A DNA stretch of 62,734 nucleotides, the filler included, from Sphacelaria rigidula (lineage: Eukaryota), in the NCBI GenBank assembly GCA_964200075.2. It is 9 parts of 9 records of this genome, joined end to end, with 100 filler letters (N's around TTAATTAATTAA, not from the genome) between each part and the next. Parts side by side here need not be neighbours in the genome. Positions count along the whole stretch, not along the records: positions 48,873 to 55,753 come from CAXNAA020017596.1; positions 55,854 to 62,734 come from CAXNAA020017597.1; 7 more parts are not named here. One strand, given 5' to 3'. A program made the translations under genes and the position numbers. The notes beneath the pieces are model-generated. The model was not told where the DNA came from and did not search any database. It saw only the letters and a list, made by a program, of their open reading frames with translations. Below, piece by piece: positions 49,451-62,734 of this stretch (its first letter is position 1; each line of letters opens with the position of its first letter).

Positions 49451-50595
49451 CACGGATCAGACGAATCAATGATTCGTCTGGAAATTACTTGATTTTAGTG
49501 CGTGATTGATTCGTACCGTACGAACCAATCCTTGTGCTTTGTTTTCAGCGTTGCAACCCAGGTACGTGCAGCCCAGGCATGCGGAATGGAGCAAAAGTTG
49601 CGTGGGAGCCTTTTTGATCATCGGTCGACTTTTTTCTCTCTTTCGAGCAATCAGGCCTGAAGAAATCGTGGATTTGGTGATTCGAACCGGCCATGATTCG
49701 TCCGAACCGTGCAAGACTGCATCGTTATTTAACGGGCGGTAGGCCGTTTCTTATCGAGACAAGAAGTAAACCGAGAATCGTCACTAGCGTCGAAAGCAGC
49801 ATGTAGATAACTCGCCACAACTTTAGACTTGCCTCGCGACCAATCAATACGCTGCTTTGGCCGCTTGTTTCGTTTCTCGTTTTTTTTTTGTCTCGGTAAG
49901 ACACGGCCCTACGGAACCGCGATATATTTTCCGCTTTGTAGAGATGCAGCATGTAAATCGACAATTACGCCGCACCACCTTCCCCCCTGGTCCCGGGTGA
50001 GTGACCGGCAACCTCATCCCTCTAGAGCGAAAGCGAGTCTCTAAGTATCATCGCATTGTATAAACTTACGGCATAACAGCGCAGCACAATGCGATCATGT
50101 CCACGATGCATTGGACTTTCGAATCTTTCAAACCCCCACAAGCGTACTGTAAGGTCCGTCAAAACGCCCCCCCCCCCCCCCCCCCCCCCTACAGTACTTC
50201 TTTTTCTTGCCCCAACTTTTCAAGTTCATCATCGACCAAAAAAACTCAATGTCCTCTTCACAAACTAGACGCGATGCCTACAACAGCAACGAATGGATAT
50301 TTGAAATAGATAAATGTTGGGAAACTGTTCAAGTAACCGCATTGCTTTTCCTGGGTCATCATCTGAACTTGACCAGCTGCTGCAACGGACAGCCTCGGGG
50401 GAGGAGGCGTTCTGATCTATTCCAGCAACGATAGTTTTCTTCTTGAAGTGCTGCTTCATCTCTCAAAAGTCGACACATTTCTACTAATACTGTACTGCTG
50501 TCTGTGGCACGATCCATTTTTGGTTTCAGTCTGCTGAAGTTCTTCTTGTACGTTCCTGCAACAACACACACCCACACGCGCGAACACAAACTCAC

Positions 50596-50928
50596 AATGG
50601 GATCGTCATCTGTCTCCTCCTGCTTCCGGTCCCGCCTATTCTCTTTGCCGTCGCCGCCACTACCGCCAGCGCCGCTGCCTCTATCAGACGCGGCGCACAT
50701 GCCAAGCCTCCCGCCTACAGCAGCAGTGTCCCGCTCTTTCCTATACTCAACCCTAGTGCTAACGAAAAACCCCTCGACTGCATGTTGCAGAGGAGCAGAA
50801 AGCGTGGAAGAACCCAGCGCGCGGGGATTTACCCCGAGGCGTACGCCGAAGCCCTGCACCACTACGCCCGGTGCCACCATTAGTACCAGCAATAGTGTTT
50901 TCCCGGGGCGCATGGCTGGTGCTTGCAA
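50596..50928 (-). CDS. First exon of an unknown protein with a bipartite (signal + transit) plastid-targeting-like leader
   Basis: MQAPAMRPGKTLLLVLMVAPGVVVQG|FGVRLGVNPRALGSSTLSAP...: hydrophobic signal followed by Phe at +1, as in ASAFAP-type leaders. Ends at a GTGAGT donor after 111 codons. Downstream exons not resolved. Confidence 0.6.
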
Positions 50929-52163
50929 TGTATGTAATTACAGAGAGAACTGTTGTCGAGGCTTCTTGTGCTGTCTCTGCTGGTACTTTGACGCACTCCC
51001 ACAGCAAGTCGGGAAAAGAGGCTGCGCAGGAACCACCGTCCGTGTTGGTAAATTATGCTCGGGGACGTGATACACACGGCTAGGACGGTTGATTCGTGAT
51101 TGATCGGGAGTGCCCGTAGAGACTGTTACCGCAATTCGGTGAGAAAAGGGCGGAAGGGTATGGATTGTTCTGGCTACGAAATCAAAATACGATATGCTTT
51201 TCAGGCTGTGTCGTAAGATATCACCCTCTAGAGCGAAGAAATGTATCATGACGACAAGAGGTTCAAAATAAGAAAATATGTGAAATCATTTTTTTTCGTA
51301 CAACACTACAGCAATATGATGTATTGTGAGGATCTTGAAAAGTGCAGCAGACACGAGACCGAGCGTATCATGTGATATACCTGACTTTCCGGCTGAGATG
51401 GTAAGATCAAACTTGATCTTTCTACAACATATTATTACTATAGTCTGTGACCACGGGTTCGCGAGATCGGACTAATGTGCGGAAATAATAAAATTATTGT
51501 AATAAGGAAAAAAAGATACACTGGATTGCGGGTCTGACTATCATGTAATTGGAACACAATGAAAGTGGAGAGACGTTGTCGTTTCTGTCAAAAGCGCAAC
51601 TGACACCACTTCTGGAATCTGCACACGATTTCGTCTGGTTTATAAACAAGAATTTTCTAGAACACCTCGTCCGATGATCGAATCCACGCATGTTGATCCA
51701 TATTGCCTGTTTAGGATTGCAAAGCTGCAAAGCACGTTGACAGTATATCGATCACGGATCTGACGGAGTGAAGTTCGAACGAAAGTGATGTAAGGGCAGT
51801 ACAAAGTGTAGAAACGACGGTCGTCGGGCAACGCGTGCACGCACCGTAGCAGCTTCTTTGTCTTGTTAACCCAGTACGACGAGCATAACGCTTAATATTT
51901 ATACAGAGACCGCAGGAATCTTTAATATCAGCACGATCGTCCTTATACCTCCGAATTAAGCACCAGGGAGATTGAGGGAACTCCTTCACCGCGGGTCCGA
52001 CTTTTGGGTAATGACCAAATAACAAGGTCACGGGTCACACGTAAGCATCGAAGTAACTGCGCCATCTTGCTCCACGTACAGGACGCGGTCAAGTAAACGC
52101 CGGAGACTGAGCTAGACAAAAAGCGAGGCCCATATAAGAAGTAGGGAAGAAACGAAGGCTAAG

Positions 52164-52340
52164 ATGGTACCGGAAGCTATGCAAAGGACGCCCGATGATG
52201 TACGGCAGAAGGTCGATAGGTCAAAAAATGCCTCTCCGTCGAACGGAGCAATGGCAGAAGCTTCGTTTCCTGCACCCGGAGTGCAAGCTCAGCGCGAGGC
52301 TATCGCGGAGGCAATGAAGCTGAAAATGAGTGTTGGCCAG
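52164..52340 (+). CDS. First exon of a probable ubiquitin-specific protease (USP4/11/15-type, start of DUSP domain)
   Basis: ...PGVQAQREAIAEAMKLKMSVGQ resembles the DUSP first helix (Q+..I...+K..L..G just before WYL). 59 codons ending at a CAG|GTATGT donor. The next exon was not found in this contig. Confidence 0.55.
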
Positions 52341-55300
52341 GTATGTAATATCATAGTAGTGCCGACTAGGAAATGCTGCCCTTTCAAAACATGGTCGTTG
52401 TGTCTTGTGTGTGCATTTATGTCCGAGATGGGGTCGGATGCACCTCTCTTGATCGTGCCGTTCCAGAACATTCATTACGGAATTGTTTCTCGGTCTTGGC
52501 CCTTTGTGGGCATGTACACCTGTACAGTACTCCCGCGGATAGCGGCGAGCGGTAGAAGCCCATATGATGTGTTGTTCTCCTCGAGCCACGATATATCGCA
52601 TTGTGGCCCTGGCTCTGTGGCAAGCAGTTTAACATGATGCCGCCGACACACGGTACGTAGACCTCAACGCACTGCATGCACGGGCGTGGTCTCCCGCATT
52701 GCACCGACATCGGATGTACCCCCTCTGTGTGCACCATTAAAAGCAATCATGGATACAGTACAGTATTCGTCAAGTGTGGTCAAAACGTCACACGCAGTGA
52801 GGGTGTTGGTAAAATGTTCATGCGTGCGACTTACTTCGTCAGCGCCTCGGGCATTCGAGACATGGAACGCGGCGCGATTTCTCAACGGTCAACATGCTGG
52901 TAGGGCAATCGGACGCAGATGTGCTCTTTCGTGGTTGATTTTATTTACCCTTCGACCGCTGTGTGCCGTGCAGCGTACTGTCTCATGACGATGTAGTGTT
53001 AGGCTTGGACAGGGAAGCCAGGGAAGGGAGCTTACTACTGCGTTGGTTTGGGAGAACTGCAGACGTCTGTGTTGTTGGTGTGAATGGTAGCATCGTTTGC
53101 ATTGGGCAATTTTGTCGGTACAAACAGACTGCGCAATAGGCGTTATACATGCGAGGGGTTCCCTGTAGAGACACATATTTTATTAGCATATCGATTAGCA
53201 CACAGCACCGCATCCTTACCGCTGCTGTGCTCTAGAACAAAAGTACTCGTGTGTTACACCGCAGCAACGGTCAGAGGTGTACGGCATGATTTCCCAGCCA
53301 AACATTTCTTATTGATCCATTTGATCCCACAAAACAACAGTGGTACAGCTGTGGTGTGGTGCAATTCCTGGCACTGGGATATGGTCTGGTCATGGTGGCT
53401 TTTACCGTACGCTGTGCAGCTGTCGTCCGTACATGACATTTACAATTACATACCGGAGGATTACCGGGGGCGTTCCGTGCGGACTGACACGCGCCTGTCT
53501 GACTTTTTGCGATGTACTATCGACGCCCGACACCATGAAAGCAAGAAAGTTACCCAGCTGCCCGAGACGTGGCAGCACCTCACTGAGGGAGCCGTAAGCA
53601 TTGCTTGCAACGCGGCTGTAACGATGTCAAAGCTGTAGGTTCACATGACAGCACGATGTTCCCACCGCTGCAACGATGACAAGCAGAGAGCAACGTAACG
53701 GCCGTACCGTAGTGAAATGAGGTGGGGGTTCCTCGCACTCTGTTACAAATCCACTTTTCTCTAAGCTGTAGCCATTTGCTTGCGATCCAGCTGCACCCTT
53801 ATTCAAACGGTACACGTACGGTCACACGGCATGTTCCCACCCCTGCAACGACTAAAGGCACAGAGCAGCGCAGCGACTGTGTGACGAAATAATCGGGAAA
53901 TCCCCACACTACCTTCCATTCAAATCCACTTTTCTCCCCGACATGTGCCCCAGCAAGCGTTTTGGGGAAAATAGTTACTTACATCTACATTCCCTTTGTG
54001 CTGGAGGTCATTTGGCTGGGTCTCGCGACCAAAGAGTTTACCGTGTGAGCGCCGGATTTGAGCGCCCGATTGCCAATTGGCTTGTTTTTTTGTTGTTGCA
54101 GCCGCTGGTCCGGTGTAGCTGAGAGACGACACCTACATTGACAAATTTTCGTCATGCACATTCCACTCATCACAGTACGGTCACTCGTGGAAAGTAAGCC
54201 GGAGCCACCGTTGCAACTTCAAAGTGTACGGTACAGGGGTACAATCCGTGGTCCCGCAAGCTGTAGGATGTTCATATCGTCAATATACACAACTGTTCGT
54301 TGATAAATAGTAGGAGAGTGTTGCGTATTTGGTGCTGAAGTGTAAGTGTTGCAGGCGGCGCGTGCGATTGTGGTTCGGTGGTATTATATAGTTGTGTGGC
54401 GGGGATTTTCGAGAGTTTCCCTCCACCCCCCTCAACAGCCGATTGAACCAGGATTAACACACGTTGACACGAACGAGACGCATGAGACTGTAGCGGTGAG
54501 CTTGTCTTCTCCATACCCGTTCCTGCTGTTTGGTGCTCAGCCATAGGCGGACACAACCTACAAAAGGTTGGACTGCAATACTATTATATCCGCCAAAGCC
54601 ATCACGGGAAATGAAATCTGTGAATTGCCTGGATGGCCAGGTAGCGGCCATGTAGGCCTACGCTATCGCCGTCCTCCGAGAATCGGCAGGACTTCCATTT
54701 TGAATCAGGCAGTTGGCGTGGGCACTAAAAGGGTCGAATCGCTGCACTCTTTTGATTTCTGTTCCGAGAATCCATCCGCTGATAGCCCCACGTGTCCGTG
54801 GGGCGTGATTCCTGCAGGCGTCGATGGGTGCAAGAAAGGCCATGGTTGGTGGGTAGTGCTATGATGCAAAATTTGAGATTTGTACTCAATGGGCTCGCAA
54901 CAACATTTTGCACCTGGTAAAAAGAGGATGATACCCGTGTCCATTTTGTTCATCCATCATTCTGCTGATTTGCACTGACATCTTCGCTTGAGCATGACCA
55001 CATGTACTGCTGGCGCGACCACTACTGCTCGTGACTTCATGTGTAAAACAGAATTACGCCAAAAGAAAAGAAGCAAGTCAACTGCCAAAATTCCCGCATA
55101 CAAAAATCATACGCACCGAATGTATCTTTCGACGGTTTAACAGGGTTTAGTACTTTATTTTCAGTACTAATCAAGGGTTATTTTGCTTTTGGATTTCTCC
55201 GCCGTGTATGTTGTAACCAGCCTGAAATTTGGCACAGAGGTAGACCACAACACAGACAGCATATTCCCGGGGCGACGAAACGTTTTACGTGGTTCGCTAG

Positions 55301-55853
55301 TAGCACGAAGCAAAATACGGATTTTGGGGAATGCCATCGATACGCCCTCAAAACGCAGTCCCTTCGGCCCAGACTGCGTGAGACGTCAGTGGGTGCATAT
55401 GTTGACACGCAGATACGCACACTTCCTGCTGGGTGGCTCCTGCCCCGGCAAACGAACACATCGATCCGTATTGCGCACACTCTGGATGATGTATTCTACG
55501 CGATACCTATCTTGGTATCGCCTGTAGAAGTGCTCACTACAGGAGACACGGCCGTGCAAGTGCTGTCAGTGCTTTTACGTGCTGAAACTTCGACCACATG
55601 TCATGTAGACTACGGACAACAACCCCATCTTGCTGAATCTGGGGTTGCTCGGTGTGTGGGTGCGTATTGGGGCGAAAATAAGTCTGATTCTGTTCCGATT
55701 TTTTCCTCTTTTTTTTTTTTCGAGTAAGACTGAAAATAACAGGGATGCGGTACNNNNNNNNNNNNNNNNNNNNNNNNNNNNNNNNNNNNNNNNNNNNTTA
55801 ATTAATTAANNNNNNNNNNNNNNNNNNNNNNNNNNNNNNNNNNNNNNNNNNNN

Positions 55854-56300
55854 TAACTTGTCCCTGCTTGCGCTGGGTCTGTATACATGTGTGATATCAG
55901 TCTCTGATATGTCACTGCAAAGAGATATCTCCCACACATGCACACGAAACGGGAGGACACGTGGGCAAACACAAGGCAAAGCAAGCTGAGGCGAACCAAC
56001 ACAGATGCCGAGACCAAAGCAACACCAAATGCAACGACAAACAAGCCCGAGAATATAGACAAAGCAAGACCCAAATGAATTACGAAGGACAAAGCAACAC
56101 CATGGGAACAGAGTTATGGCAGTACAATCTTCTGCTGAACTGCCGACCGAAATCAACGACAATGAACACTCTTCCATTACCCTTCCTTGCAATATACCGC
56201 CTGACCCACACACGGCGTAGCGGCTGACACACATCAACAAGTACAAACACACTCGGTGTGGACGACGGTGTTCGTTGTACTTTACTTTACAGCGCGATGC
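55854..56300 (+). mobile_element. LTR end, PBS and leader of the same gypsy family as 22101-27750
   Basis: 55855-55922 aligns to 22903-22971 (CCTGC.TGCGCTGG.TCT...ATGTGTG..ATCAGTCTCTGATATGTCACTGCAAAG). Confidence 0.7.
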
Positions 56301-58699
56301 AGTACAATGATATGCGCGGAATGAATATCTAAAGCCGACTCTACGAAACGATGGGAAATCGGCCTTAGTTTGAAGGAGTTCGGCGAGCAACAAGAAAAGG
56401 CTTCTCCCGATTATACCGGCGCGAGTTCCCAACATAATTTGGCCTCGGGAGCATAGAAATGATGAGGTTCGTCAGGGAGGGCTCATTCTTTTGGAGGAGC
56501 AATGAACAACCACAACTTCTGCCAACTGTGGTTTGTCAGCATACGTTGCCGTCTCCACGCCGGCGTGCTGCAACATACTCGCTACTACACTGGTATCAGC
56601 GCCAGGTCCACGGGTGTGACTGAATGGGCGAGTGTGAACAGGATATAATATCCACCAGTGGCAGATGGCAAATGATCCGTCCTTGAGAGTACACCTTCAA
56701 CAGTACAAGTAGCGAAGTAGTCCGGTATGAAGTGTGAAGCTCCGAGTAGCGAAATGGGGTCGCAGGGCATGATGTGCCACACCTGCTTGCGACGACAATG
56801 ACTATTGGAGAGAAAATCTGCATAACCAGGAGCATAAGTTAGAGGGAAAGTGCATGTTATGTACTGTATATATATACATTATTTGCTTGTCTTCTGATAA
56901 TGGCGGACATAGAATGGACGAGGTGCCAACTTAACCTCACCATAGGCGCGAAGAAATTCGACCAAGTCAAAAACGGCGAAGAAAATAAGTCATTCGTGAT
57001 CCCAACCTCAAGCACATGAATCACACTATCAAGTGCGACAGCAGCGAGGAGCGCGTGACGTAAAACAGCTACACTTGCTACAATAATAACAACAGCAGCA
57101 ACAGCACAGAAACGAAAACGAATTGTCGAATGAAACTACATCGCTTTTTATGATACATACCCCACGTTTACATACAACCCAAACGCACATCCATCGTGTC
57201 CATAACGGGTGCAGTGCGCATGCGGACGTGATGAAACACCCCTTTCCCGAACGTTCGAATCCCGACGGCATCGCCAAAACTTTGCCGAGCCATCATGACC
57301 GAAGGCGCCTTGGTCCGAACGATACAGTTTTCAGACATCCTTTTCGTGAATAAAACGGCTTAGTAATTTGGAGTTGATCATCAAACTCACAAAAAAATGT
57401 GACTGCCCGAGTTATTTCATGATTTTTTTTCGTGACTGAAGCGGCCTGAAGAATTGGTTTATCTGTGTCGGGAGGAGGATGATACAAACAACCGAAATAT
57501 TCTACCCGCCGTCACATCCCATTCCAGTCAATCATCATCGATGGATGAACAACATTATTCTAGTGATAACGTCTACCATTTCCCGACAGGTTACTCGATT
57601 GTTGAACGAATCAATGAGCCTCGTGCCAAACTAAAGCGCCACCGCAGAACGGACATGCTGACTTACACTCAGTCTGGTGCCCTTGAGAAGCTCGCGGGCC
57701 CCTGCTATGCGCATGTCAGGCGGACCAACCCACTCCCTGGACGTCGTCCATGTATTTGCGACAAACCGTGTCGACGTCGAATAACAGCATTTGGCCGTGT
57801 GAGGCCTGCGCGCGGCACCGTCGACAGTAGACCACCGGCATGGGGGAGGGGGGGGGGCTCCGGTATGGACAATGGGATAATAGCAGATTCTACTTGAAAA
57901 GGGGGTGGGGCGGGGGCAATGAGTGAACAAAATGGGGCATGATATTGCCCCCCGTACGCCGCGGTGCTGTTGGGCGCCAAAAGCAAGGAAGAATCAGGGG
58001 GCAAGTGGTGGTCGTGCTGCGGGACGTCTGCGCGCGTCGTAACAGCACGTCAGAAATTCGGGGTGGCTTCGGCGAGGTTGGAACGACTGTACTCTACTAC
58101 TGTCGCGCGCGTGTTTTCACGTCACCCCCCATGTTGCCGAAAACGCACGGCGGTGTGCTCCCTTGTGTTTGCTGCCCCTACAAGATAATATCCCTTTTGT
58201 TGTCGCGAATCAGACAGCATAATCATCATGTTTGAAACCACCTCAACTGTGGGCGTTCGACGATCTCGCCGGATACTGAAATACTGGTTGGTTGTTGTGG
58301 AGATACGCGTATTGGCGTCAATTTCCCGAGACCTTTGATGACGGACGCATACCGTATTTAGGCTTGAATAATTTTGGGACAAGTCATTCAAATAGACGTA
58401 TCTCCCCAACACTGTTTCGAAAATCCGGCTGGATCGTTCAACGCCCACACTTGACGCGGTTCCAAATATGTTGGTTATGCTGACTAAGTGGCGACAATGA
58501 CGGGGCAAGAATTCAACCGTAAAGTGAAACGCCTTGCTTCCTCCAAGCGCAAGTAAAATGTAAACGCCCGACATCAGAAAAGCACCTACGTTCGAGCTCT
58601 TCGGGCGAGATGCCCCGTTTCAACCCGGCATACCTGCATAAGAATCACTTCATGAAAACATCCGCCTGGATCGTTTAACGCCCAGAATGTGGGGAATTC

Positions 58700-59175
58700 T
58701 CAAGGCCAGTTCTTATGGGGATTGGGTTGTTTACGATTGGTTTGTTTTTTGGGGGACGCTTGACCGCGTTTCCGACCCCAAAACCAGCGATACCGCCACC
58801 AGCTGTCTTCACACTATGTACAACCTCACTGACAGAAGCCCGGCCCAATTGTCCGATTCGCAAGGCTGATAGATATCTACCATGGCCACTGGAAAAAATC
58901 CGACTGGATAGGAAGAAAAGTCGAGATGATTCCAGATCCGTTCGACTATTTTTCATGTCCAATTGGAGTTTTTGCAAGTATCCATATTAAAAGTCTACGG
59001 ACCTATCGAGTTGGCCTCCTTGACTAGACTCCTCTCTGTGAGCTTGTGCATACTGTCCAACACAGCTCGTGGCGGTATCGCCGGTTTTGGGGTCAAAAAC
59101 GCTGTCGAATGTCTCGAAAACAAAAACACACGTAAAAACCCAATCAGAACAAATCCAATCCCCATTAAAGTTCGT
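58700..59175. repeat. Imperfect ~100-bp inverted repeat with ~260-bp spacer
   Basis: GACCCCAAAACCAGCGATACCGCCAC (58774-58799) pairs with GTGGCGGTATCGCCGGTTTTGGGGTC (59069-59094), extending out to TGGGGATTGG/CCAATCCCCA. Confidence 0.75.
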
Positions 59176-60909
59176 TATGCTAATCGGGGCCCAAAAAGTG
59201 AACAGGCCAGTTGAGGACACCATTCCGACCAGAGTTAACCCATACATTTTTTCACTTTTTACTGGGATGCTCCGCCCGGGTGCACTTGATTGTAGAGTCG
59301 ACCCTTTTCACGGGAAAGTCGAGCGTTCAGGGGAGGTCCTCCCTGCTCGCACGCTACATACTCCTGCACACCGTCCTCGCCGACCCTATAGCAGTCGCCT
59401 TGTCCTACTATAGTGTTTTGAACCCGTACACTCTAAACCTCGAAAAAAGTAATTTTCCGGTTTGCTGTGCTGATCGCAGGACGTTCCCTGAGATGACCAG
59501 TGCTGTATGGTGCATTGGGGTTTGAAGCACTCAACGCAACAATCCGCACTCGAATCGAGGACGTAACTGTGGAGAACCGCGAGGGCACTATCTATCCCTC
59601 AGCGGAATGTTGACAGCAACGCGCCGTTTGCAATAAATGCAACTGAAAAATCATCACAGATAGAAGGGATCTCGGACGGGAGGTCTGAGTCGGAGTAACT
59701 TCGTTTCGGTGCGTGCGCATGTCCAAGTGCGATGCGCTCCGACGTTCTGTTGATAAAAGCGCCGCCGTTTGTGCACGCAGCAGCACAGGAAACCCAAGTT
59801 AAAGAACATGGCGCGTACTGGACCAGACACCATCGGGATTGAATTTTGCTCTTCTCTTCGTCTGTGGTGGTAATTCTATTGGGACCGTCATGCTCGCCGT
59901 ACTTACAGCCTACGTCCGCTGCGACTTGAGCTTGTACGTCGGGAATACACGGACAAGTGTCACTCACCCCAGGGTCGGTCACATGCTGCATCAGCATACT
60001 CACTTGAAAAACAAATGCAATACCCAATTGACCCACCCTTGTGGTCGGAGGGTTCAACTGTAGAGCCGATTATAGGAAGAGATGGTCATCTCAAGATACT
60101 TTGACTTGAAAAATGAAAGCAAGACACCACCTTGGCGATCAAGTGTCATTTTAGAACTGGCGGGAGAAGTGGCGCTTTCCAAAGGAGTAATCATTCGTGA
60201 TATCTATAGACGAAGGAAGGAATGCAGCGAGCACGGAGAAGATAACACCGTTAGCTACGCTAATCGAGCCCCCAAAAGCGTCCAGGTTGTGCATGACATC
60301 ATACCGACCAGAGACATGTCATCCATTGTTTTTTCCCTGGGGTGCTCCGCCCGGTTATTCTTGGTTTTAGCGTCAAACTTCTTCACGGGTGAATCGCGCG
60401 TCGAGGAGACGCCCTCCCTGTTCACATCCTGCAGCAGCGGCCGTGTCCTAGTGCTTTGAAAGCGTACCCTTGAAACCTGAAACAATATAGATACATATGT
60501 ATTCCGGATTAGTGTGCTGAGCACGGGACATTTCCGGGAATGGAGACAACTGTGTGATGCATTCTGATCTGGATCACCCACCGCAACAACTAGCACTCGA
60601 ATTGCACACGTGGCCGGAATGTTGTTGCTCTGTATAGGCTCCTCATGGCCGGAATGTCATGTGACGGTACGCAGACGAGTGACGGCGACGCCAGGAGTTT
60701 ATAGGCCGCACGGTGTGCCTGGGCTAGCCGATGACGAATAAAATACATCTGAAAAAAACTGTCTCGATTCGTGTGTGGGACTCGACGCAAGAGGCGATCG
60801 ACTGCAAGCATGTCTGGTGGTAGACGGGGGCTGCAAAATGGAGATAATTTCTAGTATAAAAGTCGATGATCCACCGCGCCGCTCTCTCATGATGTGCTCT
60901 TTACTCGAA

Positions 60910-61430
60910 TGTTGTACCACGAATACTACACGCGTTGTGCACGGTCCAGTACGGTATGTGATGGGATGGCAACACACGGCTCACTGTTGCGTGCTGGGCT
61001 GTGCCGTTGTGTCTGTACTCGAGTGTCATGTAGTGTCCCGTCATGTACTGGAAAGTGCCGTGCACGATCCGGTACGGTGCACTGTTGGGCGGCAGTACAC
61101 AACACACTGTCCTGTGGAGTCGCGTGCCGTCGTCTGCTGCACTCGGGTGTATCGTAATCTGTCCTCTACTGATCAGGGTGGTGCGCGATCACGTGCGAGA
61201 TCGTGTGCGATGACAACAGAGAACACGCTGTCTCGTGCTGCCCGACAGTGCTGTTCACAGTAGTCGACTGCAATCCACCCGACTGTTCCGTACTGGAAAC
61301 GCTCGTAAACCGTCCAGTGCAGTATACTGTGCTGCACTTTGCTGTTCTCGAAGGCACTGATTTGTTTATTACTTTGCTGTACTGTCCTGTAAAGTGGCGT
61401 ACACGATCCACTATCATGTACTATTCGGTA
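60910..61430. repeat. Diverged tandem repeat, ~122-bp period
   Basis: GTGCACG.TCC.GTACGGT-like anchor at ~60938, 61060, 61181 and 61305. Confidence 0.6.
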
Positions 61431-62734
61431 TCACCATGTGCACTTTGTGTCCTGTACTGCACTATATGTCTGGGTTCCGTCACAGGGTACTGTTGTGTGT
61501 TGCTCACTGCTGTGGTGAACGCTTCGGTAGACAGCGCGGACAGTTGGAAGCTTCATGGCACCTTCCTTACCCGCTGGCGTTCGCAACATACTTCCAGGTC
61601 TATCACCATGAATACGCCTTGCGAGGAATTTCGCCGGAGAGGGCAGCCGTCACCCGAAGATGAAGTACATGGCGCCATCACACCGTTGAGAGATGCCCCC
61701 TTCTCATCATGCACAATATACTTGTCATGGTCAGCCGCCGCACTCGATATTGTGTCGAAAAGGGTACGGCTTATTCAAAGGTGAACAATAATTCACGGGT
61801 GATACCGACCTTCTCCCTTCCCCATCCTCCAGTGAAGACCATGACCGGCCTTGTTGGTACGGCGTGGGAGGGTCTATTTGGCGGGTGTAAGGCCGGAATC
61901 ACCTTCAAGGAGTGATTCCTTCTCACTACCACCCTTGGCCAGGGCCGTGGTGTGGTGGTAGAGTTGGGTCAGCGCGGTGCTCATCAGGCACACCCACCCG
62001 TGTTGTAATGCAGCAGCATAAGATGTCAACACCCTGAGTGTGGGCATATCCTGCGTATAAGCAGTGTGATGTGTCAACACCCTGAGTGCGGGCATGTTTG
62101 GGGTTCCATGTGTGCGCCGTGGCAGATGATACCGCTGTCGGAAGCTGGCACGCACACCTTTAATAGAAAGGAGCATGTGCCAGTGTCTAGACTGGTTTCG
62201 GCGACAAGGATGGAGGAGAGGCGGTCGTCGACGGACGGGTTAGTTCTGGTTGAGACTCCTGGACGAGGCACTTACTCTAGACCAGAACCAGAGTGCATAA
62301 CGAAGGAGGAAGTGTTTCATCACGAAAGTAAGAGGGGGCACTGTTTGGGATCATGGACACCGGAGAGGATGGGCGGTTGGGTTGGCCATGGACGCTGGTG
62401 AGAATAGATGGAAGGGTCAGGAGGTCAACTTTGAAGAGGGCGTTGCAGCGGGGAAGAGCAGAGCAGGCAGATAATATCGTTGAGGGCGGAATATCATTTT
62501 TTTGTTGGGTTTTCGATAGTCGTTTGTTGCGGATAGTACATACAGATGGTATCCCCTGTTGACAGCCGATCATCTAAATTGAGGATGGAGCTTTTCATTG
62601 AGGATGAGAACCCGGAGGATCAAATTTTTTGTATCCACACCATATACGGAAATATGGTTTCATTATTTCACCCACTGGTTGGCCACCCATGAGGCAGTGT
62701 AAAAGCCGTGGCTGTCTCTGGAAGTGGCGATACC

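Overview
This is not one locus. It is nine unrelated contigs of 6881-6883 bp, sorted by length and joined by artificial 100-bp spacers (44 N + TTAATTAATTAA + 44 N), so nothing can be inferred across the joins. The DNA is eukaryotic and repeat-rich, probably a stramenopile and most likely a brown alga (inference from the spliced HSP70 ending in GGMP...EEID, a signal peptide followed by a Phe-initiated transit-like leader, and the repeat content). Host gene fragments: the 3' end of cytosolic HSP70, the last exon of a SANT-domain protein, a first exon resembling the DUSP start of a USP4/11/15-type deubiquitinase, and the first exon of a probably plastid-targeted protein. Most of the rest is mobile DNA: RTE-type LINE relics, two Ty3/gypsy elements, a copia integrase relic, a tRNA-derived SINE and several MITE families. 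The most unusual items are (1) a ~0.9-kb array with a 42/43-bp period, in which two conserved palindromes alternate with unique, partly mutually complementary spacers (19755-20640); (2) an RTE LINE with a PAM2 motif at its ORF N-terminus and an HDV-like pseudoknot candidate in its 5' UTR; (3) a gypsy integrase ending in a chromodomain plus a Tudor-like module; and (4) three TTAA-targeting elements stacked in the centre of one 22-bp palindrome. All calls were made by eye, without database searches.
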